A model generated the notes under the pieces. That model saw only the letters and a program-made list of their open reading frames with translations, ran no database searches and had not been told where the DNA came from. Below, piece after piece: positions 17,197 to 26,177 of a stretch of 64,000 nucleotides of DNA. The position numbers were made by a program, and so were the translations under genes. Numbering within the stretch: the first letter of the stretch is position 1; the number at the start of each line of letters is the position of its first letter. The DNA is taken from contig JAUWAW010000002.1 of assembly GCA_030601865.1 (NCBI GenBank), forward strand, positions 7,410-71,409. Direction: 5' to 3'. The DNA comes from Candidatus Nealsonbacteria bacterium. Lineage in GTDB: Bacteria; Patescibacteriota; Minisyncoccia; Minisyncoccales; JAUWAW01.

Positions 17197-17259
17197 ATAT
17201 AAGAACCTTTCGTCGCTTCGCTCCTCAAGAACCTTGATTCGCTAAGGTATAAATATATA
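17197..17259. repeat. 60-nt repeat, copy G1 (reverse orientation), directly 5' of tRNA-Arg(CCU)
   Basis: The reverse complement reads TATATATTTATACCTTAGCGAATCAAGGTTCT-TGAGGAGCGAAGCGACGAA-AGGTTCTTATAT. It matches 31619-31676 except for the core. Confidence 0.7.
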
Positions 17260-17403
17260 GTCTTAAATTAAGATACCATATTTCTGACTTGTTGACAACA
17301 GATTCTTTTGCTATAATTACAAGCGAGGAAGAAATACAAAAATTTATTCTTGTATTTCGACCGAGCGAGTAATTATTTACTGAACAGGAACACAATAAAA
17401 CAT

Positions 17404-18429
17404 ATGTTAAACAAATCTTCAATTCCACAGGTAATTAAAAAAGTCCTGCCGGCCGTGGTCAGCATTACCATCTCAAAATATTTGACTGTTTTTGAAAGCC
17501 CTTTCGGTCCTTCTCCTTTTGGTTTTGAACAATTTTTTGCCATCCCCAGGGGCAAGAAAAAGATAAAGGTCGGTGGGGGCTCGGGCTTTATTGTTGACCC
17601 TACTGGTATCATTTTAACTAATCGCCATGTAGTAACTGACCCTCAAGCAGAATACCTTGTTGTTTTAGATAATGGGAAAAAGTATCAGGCCCAGGTTCTG
17701 GCCCGAGATCCCATCAATGACGTAGCTGTTTTAAAGATTGAAGAAAAAAATCTGCCGGTAGTGGAATTGGGAGATTCTTCACAGCTTGAACTGGGCCAAA
17801 TAGCCATTGCTATTGGCAATGCCCTGGGCATTTTTCGCAATACAGTTTCTGCGGGAGTAGTTTCTGGCCTAAGTCGAGAAATCAAAGCAGGCAGTACATT
17901 AACCGGAGAGGTTACCCGGCTTAAAGGCCTAATTCAGACCGATGCGGCCATCAATCCCGGCAACTCCGGCGGTCCATTAATTGACCAAGAAGGCAAAGCC
18001 ATTGGCATTAATGCGGCTATGGTCTTTATGGCAGAAAACATTGGTTTTGCCTTGCCCATTAATATGGCTAAAAAAGATTTAGAAGAGGTTAAAGAATACG
18101 GTAGAATCCGCCAGCCGTTTTTGGGAGTAAGATATGTACTTTTGAATAAAAAACTGCAAGAACAATATGAGCTTCCGAGCAAAGAGGGTGCTTTGGTCAT
18201 TTCTGAGTCAGTGCCTCAAGGCCAGGCCGTGGTTCCCGGCAGCCCAGCCGATAAGGCCGGGCTCAAAGAAGGCGACATTATTTTGGCTATTAACAAAGAA
18301 AAAATTTCTGTCAAAAATCCTTTAATAGACATTCTAAACAAGCTCAAGGCCGGCGATGAGATTGAACTAAAAGTCCTAAGGGTCGGTCAAGAGTCCCTCT
18401 TTAAAACAATTTTAGAAGAAAAAAAATAA
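17404..18429 (+). CDS. Second HtrA/DegP-type serine protease with PDZ domain
   Basis: GSGFIVDPTGIILTNRHVV, NDVAVLKI, GNSGGPLID, C-terminal PDZ. I prefer the ATG at 17404 (MLNKSS...) over the track start at 17350. Confidence 0.85.
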   Translation: MLNKSSIPQVIKKVLPAVVSITISKYLTVFESPFGPSPFGFEQFFAIPRGKKKIKVGGGSGFIVDPTGIILTNRHVVTDPQAEYLVVLDNGKKYQAQVLARDPINDVAVLKIEEKNLPVVELGDSSQLELGQIAIAIGNALGIFRNTVSAGVVSGLSREIKAGSTLTGEVTRLKGLIQTDAAINPGNSGGPLIDQEGKAIGINAAMVFMAENIGFALPINMAKKDLEEVKEYGRIRQPFLGVRYVLLNKKLQEQYELPSKEGALVISESVPQGQAVVPGSPADKAGLKEGDIILAINKEKISVKNPLIDILNKLKAGDEIELKVLRVGQESLFKTILEEKK

Positions 18430-18460
18430 TACCTCAAAGTTTCCCAATCTAAATAACTGG

Positions 18461-18487
18461 TCGGGCTGATAGCCCGATTACTTATTT
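18461..18487 (+). terminator. Terminator after htrA paralogue
   Basis: TCGGGCTgatAGCCCGA followed by a T-rich tract. Confidence 0.55.
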
Positions 18488-18531
18488 AATTAGACAAAAG
18501 CTGAATCATAAGATATATTAGAAATAGAAAT

Positions 18532-20841
18532 ATGGTATACAATCCTCAAAAAATTGAGCGGAAATGGCAGAGGGTTTGGGAAGAAGCCGGGATTTTTAAA
18601 ACCTCTGACAAGATTAAGGGCAAGAAGAATTTTTATCATCTGGTAATGTTTCCCTATCCTTCAGGGGATTTACACATTGGCCATTGGTATAATTTCGCTC
18701 CGGCTGATGTTTATGCCCGCTTCAAAAGAATGCAGGGTTTTAATGTAATGAGCCCGATTGGCTTTGATGCCTTTGGTTTACCTGCTGAAAACGCAGCTAT
18801 TAAACACGGTATCCATCCCAAAACCTGGACTTATAAAAATATTGAGAGGATGAGAAAACAATTAAAATCAATGGGTACGATTTATGATTGGCAAAGAGAA
18901 ATTATTACCTGTGACCCAGATTATTATAAATGGACCCAGTGGTTGTTTCTCCAATTTTACAAAGCCGGCTTGGCCTACCGCGCAAAAGTGCCAGCCAATT
19001 GGTGCCCCTCCTGTAAAACAATTTTAGCCAACGAACAAGTCATTGAGGGCAAATGTGAAAGGTGCGACTCAGATGTTTTGCAAAAAGAAATTGAACAATG
19101 GCTTTTTAAGATTACTGATTATGCTGAAAAGTTGCTCAAAGACCTGGATAAATTGGACTGGCCCGAGAGAACAAAAACGATGCAAAAGAATTGGATCGGG
19201 AAGTCCGAGGGCTATGAAATTAAATTTTCATCAATCCCTGTCTTCACTACGCGGCTTGACACCATATTTGGATGTACCTACTTGGTTTTGGCACCAGAAA
19301 ATCCAATCATTGAAAAATTAAAAAACAAAATTACCAATTACCAAGAAGTTAAAAGATACATTGAGAAGTCAAAGAAAAAAACAGAAAGAGAGCGCCTCAG
19401 CGAAGCAAAAGAGAAAACCGGGGTTGAAATCAAAGGAGTAAAAGCAATAAATCCAGCTAACGGAGAAAAGATTCCCATCTGGATGGCTGACTATGTTCTG
19501 ATAGGCTATGGCACTGGCGCTATTATGGCAGTACCTGACCGCGATGAACGCGACATGGAATTTGCCAAAAAATACAATCTGCCAATTAAAAAAACAAGGT
19601 TAGTTGATAGTAAAAAAATTGCTAAGAAAGTTAAAGGCAAAAAGATAACTAATTACAAGCTTCGCGATTGGGTAATTTCTCGCCAGAGATACTGGGGAGT
19701 GCCTATTCCAATGGTAAAATGCCAGAAATGCGGCTGGGTACCTGTTCGGGAGAAAGATTTACCAGTATTGCTGCCGACCCTAAAAGATTTCCGGCCAACT
19801 GGTAAGGGCAAATCCCCCTTGGCCAAATCAAAAAAATTCGTTCAAACAAAGTGTCCAAAATGTAAAGAATTAGCAGAAAGGGAAACCGACACTATGGATA
19901 CTTTTGTCTGCTCCTCCTGGTATTATTTAAGATACACTGACCCTAAGAATAAAAAGAAATTTGCTGACCCCAAAAAATTAAAGGCCTGGTTGCCGGTTGA
20001 TATGTATATAGGGGGCGCCGAGCATACAGTGATGCATCTTTTATACGCCCGATTTTTTACCAAGGCCTTGCAAAAACTTGGCATTTTAGATTTTTCAGAG
20101 CCGTTTTTACGGTTGCGCCACCAAGGAATTATCTTGGGTCCCGACGGTCAAAAAATGTCAAAATCCAGAGGAAATGTTATAGACCCGGATATTCAAGTTA
20201 AAAAATATGGTGCTGATGCGGTCAGAATGTATCTCTGTTTTATGGGACCCTATGACCAAGGGGGTCCTTGGCAGCCAAGAGGGATTGTGGGCATAGCAAG
20301 GTTCTTAGACAAAATTTTCAATTTTCAATTTTCAATTTTCAATGACCAAAATTCTAAACTTAAAAAGCTATTACATAGAACAATTAAGAAAGTCACGGAG
20401 GATATTGAAAACTTTCGGTTTAATACGGCGATTTCAGCTTTAATGATTTTGGTCAATGAGATGCAGAAACAAAAAGGTCTAGAACCCGAGGTTAGACCTA
20501 CATTATTAAAATTACTGGCGCCCTTTGCCCCGCACTTTGCCGAAGAACTCTGGTCCTCCTTCGCTAAAGCTTCGGAGGATAAACATTTTGATATTAAAAA
20601 TTCAGTTCACAATCAGAAATGGCCCAAGTATAATCCAAAACTAATTAAAGAAGAAATGATAACTTTGATTATCCAGGTCAATGGCAAGGTACGAGCCAAA
20701 ACAGAAACAGAAGCAGGTATTTCAAAAGAAAAAGCTAAAGAACTTGCTTTATCTTGTGAAAAAGTGCGAAAATGGACAGAGGGCAAGAAAATAAAGAAAA
20801 TAATCTTTGTGCCAGATAAATTAATCAATATTGTAATATGA
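18532..20841 (+). CDS. leuS: Leucyl-tRNA synthetase
   Basis: HIGH motif (PSGDLHIGHWYN), KMSKS (QKMSKSRGN), CP1 and Zn-finger CxxC pairs. Carries in-frame repeat inserts at 20314-20341 and about 20553-20580. Confidence 0.92.
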   Translation: MVYNPQKIERKWQRVWEEAGIFKTSDKIKGKKNFYHLVMFPYPSGDLHIGHWYNFAPADVYARFKRMQGFNVMSPIGFDAFGLPAENAAIKHGIHPKTWTYKNIERMRKQLKSMGTIYDWQREIITCDPDYYKWTQWLFLQFYKAGLAYRAKVPANWCPSCKTILANEQVIEGKCERCDSDVLQKEIEQWLFKITDYAEKLLKDLDKLDWPERTKTMQKNWIGKSEGYEIKFSSIPVFTTRLDTIFGCTYLVLAPENPIIEKLKNKITNYQEVKRYIEKSKKKTERERLSEAKEKTGVEIKGVKAINPANGEKIPIWMADYVLIGYGTGAIMAVPDRDERDMEFAKKYNLPIKKTRLVDSKKIAKKVKGKKITNYKLRDWVISRQRYWGVPIPMVKCQKCGWVPVREKDLPVLLPTLKDFRPTGKGKSPLAKSKKFVQTKCPKCKELAERETDTMDTFVCSSWYYLRYTDPKNKKKFADPKKLKAWLPVDMYIGGAEHTVMHLLYARFFTKALQKLGILDFSEPFLRLRHQGIILGPDGQKMSKSRGNVIDPDIQVKKYGADAVRMYLCFMGPYDQGGPWQPRGIVGIARFLDKIFNFQFSIFNDQNSKLKKLLHRTIKKVTEDIENFRFNTAISALMILVNEMQKQKGLEPEVRPTLLKLLAPFAPHFAEELWSSFAKASEDKHFDIKNSVHNQKWPKYNPKLIKEEMITLIIQVNGKVRAKTETEAGISKEKAKELALSCEKVRKWTEGKKIKKIIFVPDKLINIVI
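20314..20341. repeat. Tandem heptamer ATTTTCA x4, in frame in leuS
   Basis: Read as FNFQFSIFN. Same 7-nt periodicity as the ATTCGTR arrays elsewhere. Confidence 0.7.
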
Positions 20842-22526
20842 AGAAAATTCTATTAGGTAATGAGGCGATTGTCAGGGGTGCTCTGGAAGCAGGGGTCAAT
20901 TTTGTTTCTACTTATCCTGGCACACCGGCTTCAGAGATTGGCAATACTTTTTACAAAATCGCCAAAGAAGCTGGGGTTTACCCCCACACCAAACGGGGGC
21001 AAGGCGCCAAAATTGACGAAGTCAGCCCCCGTTCTGGTGTGGGGGTCTATTTTGAATTTTCAACCAATGAAAAAGTGGCTTTGGAAGCTGGGATAGGAGC
21101 CAGTTTTTCCGGTCTTAAAACCTTAGTGGCCATGAAGCATTTTGGCCTTAATGTGGCCTCTGATAGTTTAATGCCTTTTTGTTATACGGGCAGCAAGGGA
21201 CCAACTGTAATTGTCGTAGCTGATGATCCTAACTGCTGGAGTTCAGCTCAATCAGAGCAAAACTCAAGGGCTTATTCTTATTTAGCCCACATTCCTACTT
21301 TAGAACCCTCTGACCCTCAGGAGTGCAAGGATTTCATTAAATTGGCCTTTGAAATTTCTGAAAAATTTAACCTGCCTATCTTAATCAGATTAACTACCCG
21401 CGTCAGCCACCAACGCGCCCCCGTTAAACTCGGCAAACTATCGGGAAGCCATCCCGATAAAGCAAGGTTTGTCAAAGAGCCACAAAGGTTTGTCACTATG
21501 CCGCCCCGAGTTCTGGAAATGAAAAAAGAACTTTTTAAAAAAATAGAAAAAATAAAAGAATTTTCCGAAAAAACCTTTATCAATAAAATAAGTTTGTTGA
21601 CATCGGATGTCAACAAACAAAAGACCGGCATCATCACTTCAGGAGTTTCTTATTTGTATGTAATGGAGGCATTGGAAGAATTAAAAATAGATTTGCCGGT
21701 TTTGAAACTGGGATTCTTTTATCCTCTGTCAGAAAAGAAAATTAAAGATTTTATTAAAAATCTTAAAAAGGTTCTGACAGTTGAAGAATTAGAACCATAT
21801 CTTGAAAAGGAAATAACAGCTTTAGCTAAATCTGTAAATCCTGGACTACAAATCTATGGCAAAGCTCTTTTGCCTGAGGTCGGAGAGTTGAAACCTGACC
21901 ATGTAGTTGCAGCTTTAGCTACTGTGCTTAAAACTCACGATCGTAGAGTTTTAGCACAGCGGGCTGATTTGCCCAAGTTTCCAAAACGTTTGCCAAATCT
22001 ATGTCCTGGTTGCCCTTACTGGCTTGTTTTTGGTGCAGCAAAGAAAGCAGTCGATTTTAAGAAAGTAATCTTTGGCGGTGACATTGGCTGCTATATGTTA
22101 GCTGGCTTGCCACCTCACAATATCCAGGATTATCTTTCTTGCATGGGTTCTTCTATTGGTATAGCTCATGGAATCAAGAAAGCTACCGCCGGGCAACAAA
22201 AACTTATTGCTTTTATTGGCGATTCCACTTTTTTCCATGCGGGCATCCCTGCTTTAATCAACACCGTCTTTAACAAGTCAAACCCCTTAATTATTGTGAT
22301 GGATAACCAAACCATGGCTATGACCGGCCACCAACCTCACCCCGGCGCGCCAGCCAAGCCAGATGGAATAAAAATTGAGAATATTGTCAAAGCCTGCGGC
22401 GTTAAAAATCTAAAAGTGATTGACCCCATCAAACAAAAAGAATTAATAAAAACAATTAAAGAATTTTTAAACAAAAAACAGGTCTCGGTAATTATTGCCC
22501 GAAGACCCTGTATATTTGTAAAATGA
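20838..22526 (+). CDS. iorA: Indolepyruvate:ferredoxin oxidoreductase alpha subunit (TPP-binding)
   Basis: N-terminal GNEAIVRGALEAGVNFVSTYPGTPASEI; CPGCPYW; TPP motif GDSTFFHAG. 4-nt overlap with iorB. Two in-frame palindromic inserts. Confidence 0.8.
   Translation: MKKILLGNEAIVRGALEAGVNFVSTYPGTPASEIGNTFYKIAKEAGVYPHTKRGQGAKIDEVSPRSGVGVYFEFSTNEKVALEAGIGASFSGLKTLVAMKHFGLNVASDSLMPFCYTGSKGPTVIVVADDPNCWSSAQSEQNSRAYSYLAHIPTLEPSDPQECKDFIKLAFEISEKFNLPILIRLTTRVSHQRAPVKLGKLSGSHPDKARFVKEPQRFVTMPPRVLEMKKELFKKIEKIKEFSEKTFINKISLLTSDVNKQKTGIITSGVSYLYVMEALEELKIDLPVLKLGFFYPLSEKKIKDFIKNLKKVLTVEELEPYLEKEITALAKSVNPGLQIYGKALLPEVGELKPDHVVAALATVLKTHDRRVLAQRADLPKFPKRLPNLCPGCPYWLVFGAAKKAVDFKKVIFGGDIGCYMLAGLPPHNIQDYLSCMGSSIGIAHGIKKATAGQQKLIAFIGDSTFFHAGIPALINTVFNKSNPLIIVMDNQTMAMTGHQPHPGAPAKPDGIKIENIVKACGVKNLKVIDPIKQKELIKTIKEFLNKKQVSVIIARRPCIFVK
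20981..21045. repeat. CCCCCACACC stem-loop element, copy D1, in frame in iorA
   Basis: 20-bp stem CCCCCACACCAAACGGGGGC / GCCCCCGTTCTGGTGTGGGGG (one bulge) with a 24-nt loop. Translated as PHTKRGQGAKIDEVSPRSGVG. Confidence 0.8.
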
Positions 22527-23224
22527 TGAATAAAACATTCAATATGGTAATTGTGGGCACCGGGGGGCAAGGAGTGATTACGGTTTTGCGGATTTTGGCT
22601 GAAGTAGCCCTTATTGAGGGCTATGATGTCAAAACTTCAGAACTCCACGGCCTCAGCCAAAGAGGGGGCTCGGTTGAGGTTCATATTAAATTTGGCAACA
22701 AAATACACTCTCCCCTGGTAGCTCAAGGCAAAGCCGACTTAATCTTGGGCTTAGAAATGCAGGAATGCTTGAAATCTTGCTATTTTGTTCACCCCCACAC
22801 CAAACGAGAACAAGATGCCAAGGGCACCAAAATTGACAAGGTCAGTTCTCGTTATGGTGTGGGGGCAAACTCAAAAACAAGTTTTTTAATCAATGATTAT
22901 CTTATCCCCATACTTTCCTGCCCGCCAGAGCCTTCGGCTCAAGCCGATGGCAGGCGGGTTCAAAAACCCTGGCCAAAAAACAAAATTCTAAAGACCTTGA
23001 AAAATTGGACAAAAGATATTACTCTAACTCCAGCAGCAAAAATCTGTGAAAAAGAATTGGGCACAAAGGTAGTTGTTGGAGTCTATCTATTAAGCTTGGC
23101 TGCTTTCAAAAAACTGGTACCAATTAAACCTGCCTCAATTCTTAAAGCAATGAAAAAAGTCTTGCCCTCAAAATATCTTGAATTAAACAAAAAAACCTTT
23201 AATTTAGCGAGAAAAAATGATTAA
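22523..23224 (+). CDS. iorB: Indolepyruvate oxidoreductase beta subunit
   Basis: VGTGGQGVITVLRILAEVALIEGYDVKTSELHGLSQRGGSV is the IorB/gamma-domain pattern. Two in-frame repeat inserts. Confidence 0.75.
   Translation: MMNKTFNMVIVGTGGQGVITVLRILAEVALIEGYDVKTSELHGLSQRGGSVEVHIKFGNKIHSPLVAQGKADLILGLEMQECLKSCYFVHPHTKREQDAKGTKIDKVSSRYGVGANSKTSFLINDYLIPILSCPPEPSAQADGRRVQKPWPKNKILKTLKNWTKDITLTPAAKICEKELGTKVVVGVYLLSLAAFKKLVPIKPASILKAMKKVLPSKYLELNKKTFNLARKND
22792..22865. repeat. CCCCCACACC stem-loop element, copy D2, in frame in iorB
   Basis: Stem CCCCCACACCAAACGAGAAC / GTTCTCGTTATGGTGTGGGGG with a 33-nt loop. Translated as PHTKREQDAKGTKIDKVSSRYGVG. Confidence 0.8.
22917..22958. repeat. GC-rich hairpin element, copy E3, in frame in iorB
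   Basis: CCTGCCCGCC ... GGCAGGCGGG with inner GAGCCttcGGCTC. Translated as CPPEPSAQADGRRV. Confidence 0.55.
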
Positions 23225-23939
23225 AAAAGTAGTCATTGCCGCGGCTGGTCAAGGAACCCGCATGCTCCACCTGACCAAAAATAAATCCAAGCACTTGATT
23301 AATGTGCAAAAAAAACCGTTCTTGGCTTACCTTTTAGATAATCTCTTGAAGGCCGGCTACAAAGAATTAATTTTGATTGTGGGCTACAAAGAAAATTTAA
23401 TGCGTGAATTTCTTAAAAAATACCAATATAGAGCTATTGTGGTTAATCAATTTGAAATTTTAGGCGGTAAAGAAAAAGAATACGGCACTGCTTGTCCTCT
23501 GAAGTGTGTTAAAGACATTATGGACAAAGAACAGTTCTTGGCAGTTTATGGCGATAACCTCTATTCAGTGACAGACCTGCGGGCCATGAATATTGAGGAC
23601 AATTATAATTATGTGGCTGGCTTTTATCATTCTCACCCAGAAAAGTACGGCGTGTTGGTTGCCAATAACGGTTTCTTGGAGAAAACTGTAGAAAAGCCGA
23701 AAAAATATATTGGCAATTTAATCAACACTGGCTTGTACAAATTCACTCCTGAGATATTTGATGAACTTCCTAAAGTTCGGCGCTCTCCCAGAGGAGAATA
23801 TGAACTAACAGATGCCATTACGTTTCTAGCCGAAAAGAGAAAAGTCAAGGTAAAAAAAATCCAGGATTATTGGCTGGATTTTGGCAACCCAGCGGATATT
23901 ATAAAACTTTCGCGCTTTTTAACATGTCAAAGGGTTTAG
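23217..23939 (+). CDS. Sugar-1-phosphate nucleotidyltransferase
   Basis: N-terminal AAGQGTRM (GxGTR) motif with the NTP-transferase fold pattern. Adjacent to the phosphohexomutase gene. Confidence 0.75.
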   Translation: MIKKVVIAAAGQGTRMLHLTKNKSKHLINVQKKPFLAYLLDNLLKAGYKELILIVGYKENLMREFLKKYQYRAIVVNQFEILGGKEKEYGTACPLKCVKDIMDKEQFLAVYGDNLYSVTDLRAMNIEDNYNYVAGFYHSHPEKYGVLVANNGFLEKTVEKPKKYIGNLINTGLYKFTPEIFDELPKVRRSPRGEYELTDAITFLAEKRKVKVKKIQDYWLDFGNPADIIKLSRFLTCQRV

Positions 23940-25345
23940 TTGAATCTTTCTCCGGGGTGCGCGGTATCTGGGGAAAAGGGCTTAATGAAGAATTGGCCAG
24001 AAACTATGCCTGCGCTTACAGCCATCTTTTGGCTAAACAGTTGGGCAGAAAACTGCGCCTAATCATTGGCTACGACCCTCGCGCCTCAAGTAAAGAAATC
24101 GCCCAAATATTTCGGGCTGGTTTTTCTTTTAAGGCAGAAAAAATTATTGATGTAGGCATACTAGCTAAAGCAGCTGTGGAATTGGGAGTAAGAACCTATA
24201 AATTAGATGGCGGGGTTATGATAACAGCCAGTCATAGTCCCAAAGAATTCAATGGCTGGGAACTTTTAGATAAAACAGGAGCGATTATTTCTCCAAGTTT
24301 TTTAGAGAAAGTTATCCGGTTGAGAAAGAAAATTAAAGTTTCTAAACCCACCACCGCTTTTGAAACAAAAATGGTAGAGGACAAACAGCAAGACCTGAAA
24401 AACCTTTATATCAATTTTGCCAAGCAAATTATTGGCAAAAAGGGATTAGACGCAATCCAAAAAAGACACTTTAACATTGTAGTTGACCCAAATGGAGGCG
24501 CGGCCGTATCTTTAATAAAGCAATTTTGCCAAAGATTAGGAGTTAAGAGCCGTTATCTGAATATGGAACCGGGTAAATTTGCCCGAAAAATTGAGCCGGA
24601 TTTTGAGTCGCTCAATTATTTAAAAGAAATAATTAAAAAAGAAAAGGCGGATTTTGCCATCGGCTTTGACTGCGATGCTGACCGAGCAGAGATTGTTTTG
24701 AAGGATGGTTCAATGGTTAATGGACAATATATTTTAGCAATCTCGGTTGAGGAAATCTTGTCCGGCCTAAAAAACCCTCAAGGCAAAATTGTTATTACCA
24801 ATGATTGCACCTCCAACTTGGTCAGAAGGGTAGCTGAAAAATATGACGCCAAAGTAAAAGAAGTTGAAATTAGCGAGATAAATGTGGTTAATAAAATGTA
24901 TCAAGAAAATAGCCCTATTGGCGGGGAGGGTTCAGCTTCAGGGGCCATTTTTCCACCTTCCCGCTGCCGCGATGGGTTTCTAAGTTTAGCAATTATTCTG
25001 CGGTATTTAGCAAGGAAGCAAAAAACATTGGCTGAGGCGCTTGATGAATTTCCTGACTTTTACAGTTTTCGCGACAAACTTAAATGTCCTCCGGAAAAAC
25101 AAATTCAGGTTCGGCAGAGTATCAAAAACTACCTTTTAGACCACGGTTTCAAAATCCAAGAAAGAGGAGGAAAAACAGGCACGGTCAAGGCATTAATTGA
25201 CAAAGATTCTTTTATCTTCTTCCGCGCTTCCAAAACAGAACCCGGGGTCTTCCGAATTATCTCTGACGCCCCAGACAAACAAAAAGCAAAAAAACTGCTG
25301 AAACAAGGCATTGAAATCTTCAATAACCAATTATCTAATATTTAA
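23924..25345 (+). CDS. Alpha-D-phosphohexomutase (phosphoglucosamine/phosphomannomutase family)
   Basis: Active-site loop TASHSPKEFNG, metal loop FDCDADR, SFSGVRG at the N-terminus. The ATG at 23924 is preferred over the track start at 23870. Confidence 0.8.
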   Translation: MSKGLVESFSGVRGIWGKGLNEELARNYACAYSHLLAKQLGRKLRLIIGYDPRASSKEIAQIFRAGFSFKAEKIIDVGILAKAAVELGVRTYKLDGGVMITASHSPKEFNGWELLDKTGAIISPSFLEKVIRLRKKIKVSKPTTAFETKMVEDKQQDLKNLYINFAKQIIGKKGLDAIQKRHFNIVVDPNGGAAVSLIKQFCQRLGVKSRYLNMEPGKFARKIEPDFESLNYLKEIIKKEKADFAIGFDCDADRAEIVLKDGSMVNGQYILAISVEEILSGLKNPQGKIVITNDCTSNLVRRVAEKYDAKVKEVEISEINVVNKMYQENSPIGGEGSASGAIFPPSRCRDGFLSLAIILRYLARKQKTLAEALDEFPDFYSFRDKLKCPPEKQIQVRQSIKNYLLDHGFKIQERGGKTGTVKALIDKDSFIFFRASKTEPGVFRIISDAPDKQKAKKLLKQGIEIFNNQLSNI

Positions 25346-25358
25346 ATAACTCACGATC

Positions 25359-25967
25359 GTGAGCTATAACATCAATAATAATTTTGACAAAACCTTAGCA
25401 AAAGCAGTAAACGTTATTAAACAAGGTAAGGTTTTGCTTTGCCCCTCGGACACGGTTTATGGCTTGATTTGCGACGCCCACAACGAAAAAGCAGTGTGTG
25501 CTCTTTTTGAAATCAAAAAAAGGCCTTTTGAAAAAGCCATTGCTCTTTTTATCAAAGACATTAAAATGGCTAAAAAACATGCCTATATTGATAAAAAACA
25601 AGAAGCGATATTAAAGAAAGTTTGGCCCGGAAAAATAACAGTTATTCTAAAAAGACAAAAAAGTTGCCGACTTCCCAGAATTCTTTTCGCTAATACAAAA
25701 GTAATTGGCCTACGGGTGCCGAATCACAAATTTCTTAATGACTTACTTAAAAAATTAGATGCTCCTTTGGCCGAAACATCAGCTAACATCTCAGGCAAAC
25801 CCGCTTCAACAAAAATAAGAGAAGTTTTAAAGCAATTTGGAAAAGAAAAACGCCAGCCCGATTTAGTTCTGGATGCTGGCGACTTAGAACCTTCTCTTCC
25901 TTCAACCGTCATTGATTTAACCACAAAAAAGATAAAAGTTTTAAGAAAAGGTGCTATTGTTTTTTAA
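25359..25967 (+). CDS. tsaC: L-threonylcarbamoyladenylate synthase (YrdC/TsaC/Sua5 domain)
   Basis: PSDTVYGLICDA, GLRVPNH, ETSANISGKP motifs. The GTG start lies inside a CTCACGATCGTGAG palindrome. Confidence 0.8.
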   Translation: MSYNINNNFDKTLAKAVNVIKQGKVLLCPSDTVYGLICDAHNEKAVCALFEIKKRPFEKAIALFIKDIKMAKKHAYIDKKQEAILKKVWPGKITVILKRQKSCRLPRILFANTKVIGLRVPNHKFLNDLLKKLDAPLAETSANISGKPASTKIREVLKQFGKEKRQPDLVLDAGDLEPSLPSTVIDLTTKKIKVLRKGAIVF

Positions 25968-26106
25968 TAAATTTTTTGTAAAGTTCCTCAACTAATTTCT
26001 CTTGTTCCTTGATGTCCAAAACTTCCCGGCGAATCCGGGCTTTTTCTTTGCGAATAAATTTTCTCTGGCTTCTGGAAAGCCGTTTTTTCTTCAGCTGTTT
26101 GGACAT
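25954..26106 (-). CDS. Small basic protein (50 aa), not in ORF track
   Basis: My translation: MSKQLKKKRLSRSQRKFIRKEKARIRREVLDIKEQEKLVEELYKKFIKKQ. The track ORF 25988..26200 in another frame is a read-through of repeat A3 and was rejected. Confidence 0.3.
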   Translation of the reverse strand: MSKQLKKKRLSRSQRKFIRKEKARIRREVLDIKEQEKLVEELYKKFIKKQ

Positions 26107-26120
26107 AAAAAAACCAGTTT

Positions 26121-26177
26121 ACCCAGTTAAATAATTTCGCCTTTGGCGAAATTGCTGTGAAGCAGCATTTAACCGGG
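26121..26177. repeat. Three-way-junction repeat, copy A3
   Basis: ACCCAGTTAAAT | AATTTCGCCtttGGCGAAATT | GCTGTgaaGCAGC | ATTTAACCGGGT. Confidence 0.75.
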
